The position numbers were made by a program, and so were the translations under genes. 64,000 nucleotides of DNA from an uncultured delta proteobacterium (GTDB lineage: Bacteria; Myxococcota; Myxococcia; Myxococcales; Myxococcaceae), in NCBI GenBank assembly GCA_963771175.1, contig CAVYSY010000038.1, positions 32,001-96,000 of the forward strand, given 5' to 3'. A model generated the notes under the pieces. It saw only the letters and a program-made list of their open reading frames with translations. It was not told the origin of the DNA and did no database searches. This document shows, piece after piece, positions 20,741 through 30,160 of this stretch. The first letter of the stretch is position 1. The number at the start of each line of letters is the position of its first letter.

Positions 20741-21798
20741 GCGGGACGGGGGCGGTGCCGGATGCGCTCGCCTTCACGGCGCAGGCGCTCGCCCGGCGGG
20801 GGGCGCTGCTGGAGGCGGGGGAAACCGGGGGCGAGGTGCTGGCGCTGCTGCCGCCGGAGCTCTCCCGGGAGCTGGGGTTGGCCGAGGAGGTGCGGCTGTC
20901 GGCCGTGGAGGAGGGAGACGCGGTGGCGTGCGGACTGGGGACGCCGCTGCTGGAGGCGGTGGTGGGCGCGGCCCGGCAGGAGGTGCCGGTGGCGGCGGCA
21001 CGGGCACGAGAGCCCGCGTCCAAGGCGGGCCATGCGCGCAGCCTGGCCGAGCGCTACGTCATCCGCAACGGCGTGGCCGAGGTGCTCGAGGTGACGGCGG
21101 GCGAGGGGACGTACCTGGTGGCGTGGCTGGCGTACGTAGCCGACGCGGACGAGCGGCACGAAGGCGTGGTGACGGTGGCGGTGCATGCGCAGGACGGGAC
21201 GGTGCCCGACGAGGGCCTCCTGGCCGCCTGCGAGGTGGAGTCGGAGGGCGCGCTGGCGCCGTGGCCGAGGCGGGTGGGAGTGCCCGAAGCGGAGCAGTGG
21301 CTGGTGCGCTACGCGCCGGAGGCGGAGCTGCGGGCACTCCAGGGCGTAAGGGAGGCCACGGCGCGGCGGCACGCGCGGGACCACGAGCGGATGGCCGAGT
21401 ATTACGCGGCGATGGTGGCGGAGACGCGGGCGCCCCGACGGCGCGTGGACGCGGCCACGATGGAAGCCAAGGTGCGGCACCTGCTGGCGGAGCGCGACAG
21501 CAAGCTGAGGGACCTGGCGGAGCGCTTCACCCTGCGCGTCCACACCCGGCTGGCGGCGGCGCTGTGGGTGGCGGTACCCGTGGTGAATGTGCGGCTGCGC
21601 GTCCGACGGCGCAAGGGAGAGCGCGAGCTGCTGCTGCGGCTGCCCGCGGGGGCGCACGGCTTCGACCGGCTGCCCTGCGAGGGCTGCGCGGGCACCACCG
21701 AGCGACCCGCCCTGTGCGACGAGCGGCTCCACGTGCTGTGCGAGACGTGCGTCCCCCAGGCCACCGGCCGTCCCAAATGTCCCGCCTGCGGCGGCTGA
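20737..21798 (+). CDS. Uncharacterised SNF2 partner (YqhG-like) with C-terminal Cys/His zinc finger
   Basis: ATGA overlap with the helicase; helical ERMAEYYAAM region; C-terminal CEGC...CDERLHVLCETC...CPAC. Confidence 0.75.
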   Translation: MSGTGAVPDALAFTAQALARRGALLEAGETGGEVLALLPPELSRELGLAEEVRLSAVEEGDAVACGLGTPLLEAVVGAARQEVPVAAARAREPASKAGHARSLAERYVIRNGVAEVLEVTAGEGTYLVAWLAYVADADERHEGVVTVAVHAQDGTVPDEGLLAACEVESEGALAPWPRRVGVPEAEQWLVRYAPEAELRALQGVREATARRHARDHERMAEYYAAMVAETRAPRRRVDAATMEAKVRHLLAERDSKLRDLAERFTLRVHTRLAAALWVAVPVVNVRLRVRRRKGERELLLRLPAGAHGFDRLPCEGCAGTTERPALCDERLHVLCETCVPQATGRPKCPACGG

Positions 21799-21804
21799 GC
21801 GGAG

Positions 21805-22725
21805 CTACCCCTGCCGGGCGGCGGGCTCCCAGCCGAGCATGACGAGTTGGAGGAGTTCGACGCCGAGCAACTCCGGGTAGCGCTGTAACCAGGTGGGACC
21901 TTGAGGCGTGACAGGTTCTCCGTTCCAGAGCACCTGCCCCCCAACGCGCGCCCGCAACCGCTCGGCTGCGGCGAAGGTGGTGAGCGCCATTCGCGAGAAA
22001 GGAGCCTCTCCCCACTGTGGCCAGACCAGCAGTTCGTCCGGAGCGTGGGGATTGAGGTGGAACCACGTCACGGGTTCACCGGAGGCACGATCAACCCATA
22101 CACCTCGTGCCCTCTCGGCCTCCACGTCCTGACCTTCCGGTGGGGCTTCCAGCAGTGTCGCTAGTGGTGGCAGTCGGGGGTGCTTGAGCCGTAACGCCAG
22201 CAGGTTGGTGTCCTCATCTCGCCCGCCTACGGGGAATTCGAGGGGCATGCGCACGGTGGCGTGGAGTTGCTCGCGGCGTTGCAACCACAGACGTCCCTGT
22301 TCCCGCGTGTACTCGCCCTGAACATCCGTGAAGTAGCGGAGGGAGTCCACTGTCACCTCGCGACCGTGTACGCCCTCAAAAGCGCGCAATCCCAGTTCCT
22401 CGTTGGCGAGGGCCGCGAAGGAGAGCAGCTCGAACATATTGGCAAGGAAGAAGGGGCTGGTGCCACTCACCGACAACTGGAGGGTGCCCATCCGAGGACC
22501 GTTGTTGGGCCGCACACCCGCGAACAGCAAGGGAGCCAGACCGGGCGCCGCTCCTCCGCGAAACACCCAGGTGGCCCCATCAGGCCGGTGTGACCGTAGA
22601 ATCGGGCGGGAGCGCGCGAGCAGGTCCAGACAGGTACGCCAGTCTTCCAGGGTGAGTCGATCCGGCGCACCGGCCTGAACGTCCTTGTAACGCCGATGGG
22701 ACGTCAACCAGATGGAGTACGGCAT
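21805..22725 (-). CDS. Hypothetical protein (atypical codon usage)
   Basis: 306-aa ORF 12 bp downstream of the co-oriented upstream gene; no family recognised. Confidence 0.65.
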   Translation of the reverse strand: MPYSIWLTSHRRYKDVQAGAPDRLTLEDWRTCLDLLARSRPILRSHRPDGATWVFRGGAAPGLAPLLFAGVRPNNGPRMGTLQLSVSGTSPFFLANMFELLSFAALANEELGLRAFEGVHGREVTVDSLRYFTDVQGEYTREQGRLWLQRREQLHATVRMPLEFPVGGRDEDTNLLALRLKHPRLPPLATLLEAPPEGQDVEAERARGVWVDRASGEPVTWFHLNPHAPDELLVWPQWGEAPFSRMALTTFAAAERLRARVGGQVLWNGEPVTPQGPTWLQRYPELLGVELLQLVMLGWEPAARQG

Positions 22726-22737
22726 GAGAACGGTCCC

Positions 22738-23229
22738 TCAACGGAAGGCGTCGACGATGAACACGGCCGCGCGAGGGTGCTCGATCAATGCGGCTCCAGA
22801 CGGGGACTCTGGTTTCTTCCGCAATCCGCCACGACCCAAGCGAGCAACCGCACAGATGGGGATTGGGTCGCCATCTGGGGGACGTGCCTCATAGTAACGG
22901 ATGATGACATTCGGTCCCCCAGTCCAGATCTGCCCATATAGCCGGGTCAGGGGAGAGAGATACCCAAGCTCTTCGGTCAAGTAGCTCTCGACGGGTCCAT
23001 CGGTGAGAGAGACCGGACTCTGACTGCTCTGGTTGGCGTCGATCACGATAGAGGAGCTGTCCCCCGGACGCAGCCGCAGGATCCTCATCGCCTCCAATGC
23101 CTTCTCCGCACACGCCTGAGGACCAGGGCTTCCATCCGCCCGAAGAGACACACCTGCACCCGTACAACCAAGCCCCAGGCACATCAGAATGACGAGGGTC
23201 GAAAAGTGGGCTGCTTTTGTCAGAGCCAT
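22738..23229 (-). CDS. Putative lipoprotein resembling the extracellular C-terminal domain of myxobacterial Ser/Thr kinases
   Basis: LGLGC lipobox-like; GPVES...TRLYGQIWTGGPNVIIRYYEARPPDG..IPICAVAR; no kinase domain. Start uncertain. Confidence 0.65.
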   Translation of the reverse strand: MALTKAAHFSTLVILMCLGLGCTGAGVSLRADGSPGPQACAEKALEAMRILRLRPGDSSSIVIDANQSSQSPVSLTDGPVESYLTEELGYLSPLTRLYGQIWTGGPNVIIRYYEARPPDGDPIPICAVARLGRGGLRKKPESPSGAALIEHPRAAVFIVDAFR

Positions 23230-23296
23230 GAACCGAGATCCTTGTCTTCGGGCGCGAGAGAACGCCCAAGGAACGAGCGCACACGTCGCATCGGAA

Positions 23297-24265
23297 TCAG
23301 CGTCGGACCCGGGAGGCAAGGGACGCCAGATCCAACTCGACGAACCCCTGCCGAAGCCCTCCGTCCCTGAACAGTTCCAAAACGAGCATGTCGCCGGTCT
23401 TTATCGAATCCAATGGGGGCAGATCCATGATGACGGCGATGCGGCCCATCTCACCGGGAGCAATCGAGGCCGTCGATGCACGGAGAGCGAAGGACTGCTT
23501 CTTCAGGGTGGCCGCATCCATGAGTCGCGCCTCCTGCAACTTCCACGGCTTCTCGGGCGCGAGATTCGTGATCTGGAAGACAACCGCCACCCGGCCCTTG
23601 GCGGCCCGCCCCTTGGGCATGAGGATGGAGACCTCCGCGTCGATGCCGGGCACGTCTGACTCGCCGGGCCGCCATTTCTCTTCGACCCTGAATGGGGTCA
23701 GCGCGACCTGATTGTTGGCCAGGAGAGTGGCAAGCGCGTGATCGACCGAGGCGGCCTCGTACCGGTAGCGATGATTCTCGATTCGCAGTGCCCTGACCGC
23801 CTCTCGCTTCTCCATCAGTTCGGCCCGCGTGGCGTCTGGGGATTCTGGGTTGGGGAAGACATCAACCTGCCCATCCACCACATCCCTGCCGGCTGTCAAA
23901 GTGAAGGGCAACGACGAACCATCCATGAACGTCACCAGTAGCAGGAAGCGCTCATCCGGTGAAAGCTCCCGGAGCGGGACGACGACTACGGACAACCCGC
24001 CACAGAGCACGGGCTCGAAGCGGCCCTCCCACCCCAGGATCCTGGTCTGATCTGGATCGCATGGAGTCGCGAACCGAAGCGTCGTCACCATGCGACCAGC
24101 GACGAACACCTCCGGCACCGCACTGTTGGGCTCCTTCGAAAGGAACAAGTTGCGCCGCACCGGTTGTCGCACGAATCCGGATGCCTCCTGGGCAGCCACT
24201 ACCCCAGAAACCAGGACGAAGAGGCAGAGGACAACACCCTTGAACCAGTCGAGTTCACGTTCCAT
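23297..24265 (-). CDS. DUF2381 (TIGR02268 myxobacterial paralogous family) protein
   Basis: Signal peptide; VFVAG..VTTLRF..PCDP..T...GWEGRFEP, ERFLLLVTF.DG, PW.L.EARL, IAPGE.GRIAV, LELFR. Confidence 0.85.
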   Translation of the reverse strand: MERELDWFKGVVLCLFVLVSGVVAAQEASGFVRQPVRRNLFLSKEPNSAVPEVFVAGRMVTTLRFATPCDPDQTRILGWEGRFEPVLCGGLSVVVVPLRELSPDERFLLLVTFMDGSSLPFTLTAGRDVVDGQVDVFPNPESPDATRAELMEKREAVRALRIENHRYRYEAASVDHALATLLANNQVALTPFRVEEKWRPGESDVPGIDAEVSILMPKGRAAKGRVAVVFQITNLAPEKPWKLQEARLMDAATLKKQSFALRASTASIAPGEMGRIAVIMDLPPLDSIKTGDMLVLELFRDGGLRQGFVELDLASLASRVRR

Positions 24266-24420
24266 CTATCAGCTACCTTACCGGAAAGGTCGGGCACACG
24301 TCTAGTCGAGAGGTCAGCGACGTCCCCACACCCCCTACGCTCGGGGTAAGGCTCCAGCGTCCTGGATTGCTCAAACGGTACGAGGATGAATCCCCAAGCG
24401 AAGAGTCATCCATGCGCAAG

Positions 24421-25004
24421 CTATTTGTACCGTGCTTTCAATGCCTTGACCTCTTGAGCAAAGTCCGCGATTTCCAAGCCAATGGCCTTGGAGTCCAGAG
24501 CAAAGACTGGAATGATCCTCGTAAAAGCCTTACCGTCGATAGACGGCTCGAGCCATTCCTTGAAATGACGGTGGATGGATTTTTTGGTGATTTTGTCGTT
24601 TTGATTGACCGTCAATTTATTGCCGCGATGACAGAGCCAGAGCTTCCGATCCTCATCCAGAGCGAAACAGCCGTTAACTCGGCCGTCAGCTACCTCCGGT
24701 ATGTTCACCTCGACGATTGGGGACATCCCACTGGTTGCCTTCTCACATGCGATCAGGATGGGGCATCTGTACTTGTTGCGGTTGGTCTGCGAACGCCACT
24801 TGAATTCGGGCTTCAAACCGATCGTGAAATACCCGTTTTTACACGCTTGCTCCACGTAGGTAGCTCATCTTGAGTTCCGTCTGGAAATGTCCATCGACAT
24901 TTCACCGGCTTACCAAAGAGCTTGAACAATCGGCTGTTTAGCTCATCCAGCGCCCTTAGCGCATTATCTGTCTTTCGAACAACAAGCTTTGCTTTCTCGC
25001 GCAT
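24421..25004 (-). CDS. Low-GC hypothetical protein, apparent frameshift near 24850
   Basis: GGAG RBS and ATG 25004 (MREKAKLVV...), continuing in ORF 24421..24855 (VEVNIP..G.FA.D..LWLCHRG). Two hand-counted 60-nt lines are 45% and 52% GC. Confidence 0.6.
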
Positions 25005-25054
25005 CGTCTTCTCCAAACAAAACCAAAGGTGAAGAAGCGTGAACATCCTCACGG

Positions 25055-27215
25055 CTACGGCCCCCGAAGCGGCAGCTTCCGGTACTCCTCCTTCAGCGCC
25101 TCGGGAGAGGCCGCGAGCCGAGCCGCCACCCGCGTCGCCTCCGCGGGCGGGAGCCGGCCGAGCACGCTGCGCTCCAGGTGCTGCTCGATGAAGCCCTGGT
25201 CGTGCGCGCACCCGCACGTCCACCAGCCGCCCCTTCCGCGTCCAGCACCGGCACCAGCCGCGGGCGAGATCAGCAAGATGCTCCGCGGGCACGTTGACCG
25301 CCTTCACGCGCGCCACCACCTCGTCGCGCAGCTTCGGGTCGAACTTCACGCCCTTCTCCTGCACCAGCGTCCGGATGCCCGCGTAGTCGCCGGTGGCCTT
25401 GATGACCATCAGCTTCGCGAGCAGCTCGCCCACCGCCTCGCGCATCTTCGGGTAATCCTCCACCACCCAGTAGGTGCGCCCGGTCGCCCTCCGTCACCTG
25501 CTTCACCGCGCCCTTCTCGATGCAGGTAGCTCACCGTCATGTGGTGGCCGCCGCTGGTGGTCCTCCTCGAAGCTCGTCGCCCTTCTCCACGCTGGCGAGG
25601 TTGGTCAGCCCCTCGACCAGGAAGTCGCGGTACATCTGCCTCGGCGATGCGCTCGTGGTCCGGCGTCAGCTCGGCCAGCGACGGGTCGAAGGCGTGCCAG
25701 AGCGCCACCAGGTCCGCGCGCGCCTCCTCCAGCGTGTTGTCGTACTCCTTCAGGTAGCGTCGAGGGCTCGCCCTCCAGCTTCGGGTCCACCTGCCCCGAG
25801 CGCGTGGCCCATCACCTCGTGGAAGGCCACCAGCCACTTGCGCGCGGTGGCGGAGTACCTGCGCGCCCGCTCGCGCTCCTCGGCGCGTGCGGGAGAACTC
25901 GATGCGCCAGCGGCAGCCGCTTCAGCGCCGCGCGCGGTCTCCATCGACGTTGCGCCACCAGCACGCTCTTGCTGCCGTACTTCTCGCGGATGTGCCTGCT
26001 CGTTGGGCAGGTTGATGCCCGCCGGCGGCTGCGGGTGGCTCGTCGACCAGGTTGATGGCCTTGGCCACCGGCTGCGCCACCTTCTTGCGGCGGTACTGCT
26101 CCGGCCAGGGCATCCGGTCCTCGAAGTACTGCGCCCGCTGGGCGATGAGCTCCATCACCTGGTTCTCGTGCGGCGTCCCGGTAGTTGACGAGCGCCTCCC
26201 ACTGCCCCTTCTGCCCGCGCGCGTCCACGTACGTCTCGATGAAGCCGATGTTCGCGTCCACCGTCGGGTCGGCCTTCAGCCAGGCGATGTTGTAGGCGTC
26301 CCAGTCCTTCAGGTCGCCCGGTCTGGAAGTAGCGTACCAGCTTCTCGAGCGCGGCCTTCTGGTCCTTCGGCGCGCGCTTCGCCGCCTCGCCCAGGTGGGC
26401 GATCACCCGCGAGAGCTCCTGCGCGTAGAGCCCCGCGAGCCACCTTCCCGTCCGGCGTGCCGGCGCGGAACACCTGCTCCACCAGCTTCCCGTCCACCTT
26501 CACCACGCGCGAGTTGAGCGGGTTCTTCTCCTCGAAGCCCTCCAGGTCCTCCAGCGTCACGTCCCGGCCGTAGGCGGTGTTCGCCGAGGCGGTGAGGAGG
26601 TCCTGGCCCGCCGGCGGCGTCTTCGAGGTGAGCTGCGGCTCGTAGCTCGGCGTCGAAGAGCGTGGGCCGCAGCTCGCGCGAGCCAGGCCTCGAGCGCCGC
26701 CTCGTCCTTCACGCCGAACGGGGCGCCGGCCTTCAGCGCGCCGCAGCGCCGCGGCCTCCAGCTCGGCTCGGGGTGAAGGCGGGGACGAACTTCTGGCTGG
26801 TCACCTGGTCGTGGTTGCCGTGCTGGCCGTAGAAGCGCGCGAGGTAGCTCGCGTCAGCTTCTGCGTCGAAGCGAGCCGGGCTCCGCCGCCGCCCTCGCAG
26901 ACCGAAGAGGTAGACGCCCTCCAGCAGCCGCTTGAGGGCGACCGTGTCCCAGCCGAGCTGGTCGTAGGCGATCTCCTCGCCCGCGTGCGCCGCGAGCGTG
27001 AGGTGCCAGGCCACGCGCTTCTCGTCCCTGGACAGCGCGGGCACGCCCGGCGCGTACATGCGGACGATGGCCTCATGACCGAGCCTCGACACGAAGAAGG
27101 ACGGCCCGGTGGGCGCGGGCGTTGCCTTGGCCGCCGGAGTGCTCGGAAGCGGAGACGGGGAGGGCTTCGCCTGCGGAGTAGCGGCGAGTGCCGCCGCCAG
27201 GAAGAGGGCTTTCAC
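25055..27215 (-). CDS. Peptidase M49 (dipeptidyl-peptidase III-like), many apparent frameshifts
   Basis: HEVMGH hexapeptide zinc motif, LEEARADLVALW, GFIETYVD.RGQKG.WE, PLNSR; signal peptide MKALFLAAALA. Confidence 0.85.
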
Positions 27216-27301
27216 GGGGGCTCCGGGGAACGTTCAGTGGCGCCACGGTTAGCACCCGAGGGCCTCTGCCACCAGCGGCGGGGCGTGCTAACCCTTCGGG
27301 G

Positions 27302-28135
27302 ATGACCACCCTTCCGCCTCCCGTCCGGGGATTCGCCGAGGTGAACGGAGCTCGCCTGCATTACGAGCTCCAGGGTGTCGGCTTCCCGGTCGTGTTGCTC
27401 CATGGCGGCCTGCTCGACCTGCGCATGTGGGACGGCCAGGTCGGACCGTTCTCGAAACACTTCACCACCCTCCGCTACGACCTGCGCGGCTTCGGTCAGA
27501 CGCAGGCCCCTGTCGGACAGCCCTCCGCTCCGCACGAGGACCTGCGAGCCCTGCTCGACCACTTCTCGATGGACCGCGTCCACGTCGTCGGCCACTCGCT
27601 CGGCGGACGCTTCGCGCTCGACTTCGCCCTGGCCTTCCCCGAGCGCGTCTCCTGTCTCGTTCTCGTCGCTCCCGGCATCAACGGCTCGCCCCCCTCACCC
27701 GAGGAGTACTCCTGGTTCGCGTCCCTCCTGGGCTCGGGAAGGGAGAAGGATCCCCAGGCCCTCCTCGAAGCGTGGCTCGGGAGCGACTACCTCGCCGCCG
27801 CCATGGCCCGTCCCGAGCTGGCTCCCATGGTGCGGCAGTGGACACTCGACAACCTGCCGGGCCTGAGACCCGGCGCCAACCTCCCCCAGGCCCTGCAACC
27901 CTCGGCCTACACCCGGCTCGAGCAGCTCGCCCCGCCCACGCTCCTCGTGGTGGGGGACAAGGACAACCCCGCCATGCTGAAGAACGCGGAGGTGCTGGCG
28001 CGGCGCGTGCCCACCCTCACTCGCGTCACCCTCCCGGGCGTGGGACACCTGCCCAACCTGGAGCGTCCCGAGGACTTCAACCGTGCCGTCCTCGACTTCC
28101 TCGACGAGCAGGGGCTAGCTGCCGGGCAACCCTGA
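27302..28135 (+). CDS. Alpha/beta-fold hydrolase
   Basis: VLLHGG, YDLRGFG, GHSLGG nucleophile elbow, VGDKD, GHLPNLERP. Confidence 0.92.
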   Translation: MTTLPPPVRGFAEVNGARLHYELQGVGFPVVLLHGGLLDLRMWDGQVGPFSKHFTTLRYDLRGFGQTQAPVGQPSAPHEDLRALLDHFSMDRVHVVGHSLGGRFALDFALAFPERVSCLVLVAPGINGSPPSPEEYSWFASLLGSGREKDPQALLEAWLGSDYLAAAMARPELAPMVRQWTLDNLPGLRPGANLPQALQPSAYTRLEQLAPPTLLVVGDKDNPAMLKNAEVLARRVPTLTRVTLPGVGHLPNLERPEDFNRAVLDFLDEQGLAAGQP

Positions 28136-28219
28136 CCGCCCGGGGGCCCTATCGCGTGGGAAACGCCTTCTCCTACGATCCGGGTGGGCCCCGCGGCCCT
28201 CCCGCTCAGGAGCAGTCCC

Positions 28220-29576
28220 ATGCCGACCTCCCGCCGAAACTCCGCAGGATTCCGCCTTCCCGTGCTCGCACTGGCCGGATGGCTCACCGCCAGTGTCCTC
28301 GCCTGCGAGGGCCCACAAGGACCCGAAGGTCCCCAGGGCCCAGCCGGAACCGCCGGCACCGCCGGACAGGACGGCATCCCCAAGCCCGTGCGCCTCCTGG
28401 ACGACAAGGTCGGGCGCTGGCTCCCGGAGAACCGGACGCGGATCAACGAGATGGTTCAAACCCTGGGCATCGCCAGCCCGACGTTCGACCCGAGGAACCG
28501 TCCCGTGGCCGTGTTCGACTGGGACAACACCGTCGTGAAGAACGACCTGGGAGACGCTACCTTCTTCTGGATGGTCCGGCACGACAAGGTGCGCCAGCCG
28601 CTCGACAAGGACTGGAGCACCACCAGCAACCATCTCACCCCCGAGGCCCGAGCGGCCCTCAACACCGCCTGTGACGCCGCCGCGAACCCCGGCGAGCCCC
28701 TCCAGACGAGCCTCCACACGGAGTGCGCGAACGAGCTCGTCAGCATCTACAACCAGGGCAAGACGCGGGCGGGCCAGTCGGCCTGGAGCACTCCCATCAC
28801 CCTGACCCTCAACACCGCCTATGCCTGGGTGGCCCAGCTCCAGGCCGGCTACACCCCCGAGGACATCCGCGCCTTCGCTCGGGCCGCCTACGCGGAGAAC
28901 GCCTACAACCCGCCGGGCACCACGCAGACCGTGGGCACCACCACCGGGCTCGCCTACCACGTCCAGGTCTACGAGGAGATGGTCGACCTCATCGAGACGC
29001 TGCAGGCCAACGGCTTCGACGTCTGGGTCGTCACCGCCTCGCCCCAGTTCGTCATCGACGCCGTCTCCGAGGAGCTGGTCGGCATCAAGCCCAACCGGGT
29101 GATTGGCATCCGGCCGATGACGGACGCGCAGGGACGTGTGACGCCTCGGCTCCAGGGCTGTGGCTCCGTGGCCGATGGAGCGGACACGCTCATCACCTAC
29201 GACCAGGGCAAGCGCTGCTGGATCAACAAGGTCATCTTCCACCAGCCCACCGAGCAGCAACTGGCCCGCCAGTCGGAGGCGAGCAAGCGGCCAGGTCTTC
29301 GCGGCCGGGGACTCGGACACGGACATCGCCTTCGTCCAGGACGCCACGCACCTCAAGCTGGCCATCAACCGCAACAAGGTGCAGCTCATGTGCAACGCCT
29401 ACGCGAACCACGAGGGCCGGTGGCTGGTGCAGCCCATGTTCGTCCAGCCTCGCGCCAAGGCGACGGCCAACTATCCCTGCACCACCGCGGTGGACGCGGC
29501 CGGGCAGCCCATCACCAACGAGGCGGGCCTCCGGTTCACCCAGGACTACGAGGACCGGGTCTACGCCCTGCCGTAG
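28220..29576 (+). CDS. HAD-superfamily phosphatase lipoprotein with collagen-like linker (frameshift near 29290)
   Basis: Lipobox VLAC, eight G-X-Y triplets, FDWDNT (HAD I), VTAS (II), GK (III), GDSDTD (IV). Confidence 0.85.
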
Positions 29577-29577
29577 C

Positions 29578-29979
29578 TCAGGCCACGAGGTTCACGTCCC
29601 CGGGCAGCCCGAGGTGCCTGCGGACCACGGCCGAGAGCGCGTCGATGGAGATGGGCTTGCGCACGAACTCGGAAACGCCGGCCTTGAGGGCCTTCGCCTC
29701 GAGGTCCGGCGCCTTGCCGCCGGTGAGCAGCACCACCGGCATCTGGCGCACCCTCTCCCCCTCGTTCGCGCGCACCCGGCGCACGAACTCCAGGCCATCC
29801 ATCCCGCCTGGCATGTTGAAGTCCGCGATGACGAGGTCCACGGGGTGCGTCTCCAGCAGCCGCAACCCCTGCTCGGCCCGAGCCGCATCGAGGAAGTTCA
29901 GATTCAGCTTCATCAGGTAGATCTTGATGATGTGCCGGATGGTGTTGCTGTCCTCGACGAGCAGCACGGTGCGTTTCAT
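29578..29979 (-). CDS. Single-domain response regulator (receiver)
   Basis: LLVEDS, DLVIADFNMP..DG, LLT, KP. Confidence 0.93.
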   Translation of the reverse strand: MKRTVLLVEDSNTIRHIIKIYLMKLNLNFLDAARAEQGLRLLETHPVDLVIADFNMPGGMDGLEFVRRVRANEGERVRQMPVVLLTGGKAPDLEAKALKAGVSEFVRKPISIDALSAVVRRHLGLPGDVNLVA

Positions 29980-30160
29980 GAAAGCCCCCGCATTTGAAAG
30001 GATTCATTCCATTCCTTGGAAGTCACGGCGCCACCACCCGCAGTGGCCAGGAGCCGTTGGGGCGATGAGGAGTGAACAGAACGGGAGTGGGGCTGTGCAG
30101 CGCCCGATACTCGGGAGTCCCGCTCTCGCACCGCAGTCGGATTGACTCCCCGTCCTCCGG

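Noticed and set aside
21800..25040. Islet as an IS element or prophage
   Set aside because: No transposase, integrase, terminal repeats or att-like duplication was found.
27247..27293. CIRCE-like inverted repeat GGTTAGCAC...GTGCTAACC
   Set aside because: The spacer is far longer than the 9 nt of CIRCE and no chaperone genes are adjacent. More likely two divergent promoter elements.
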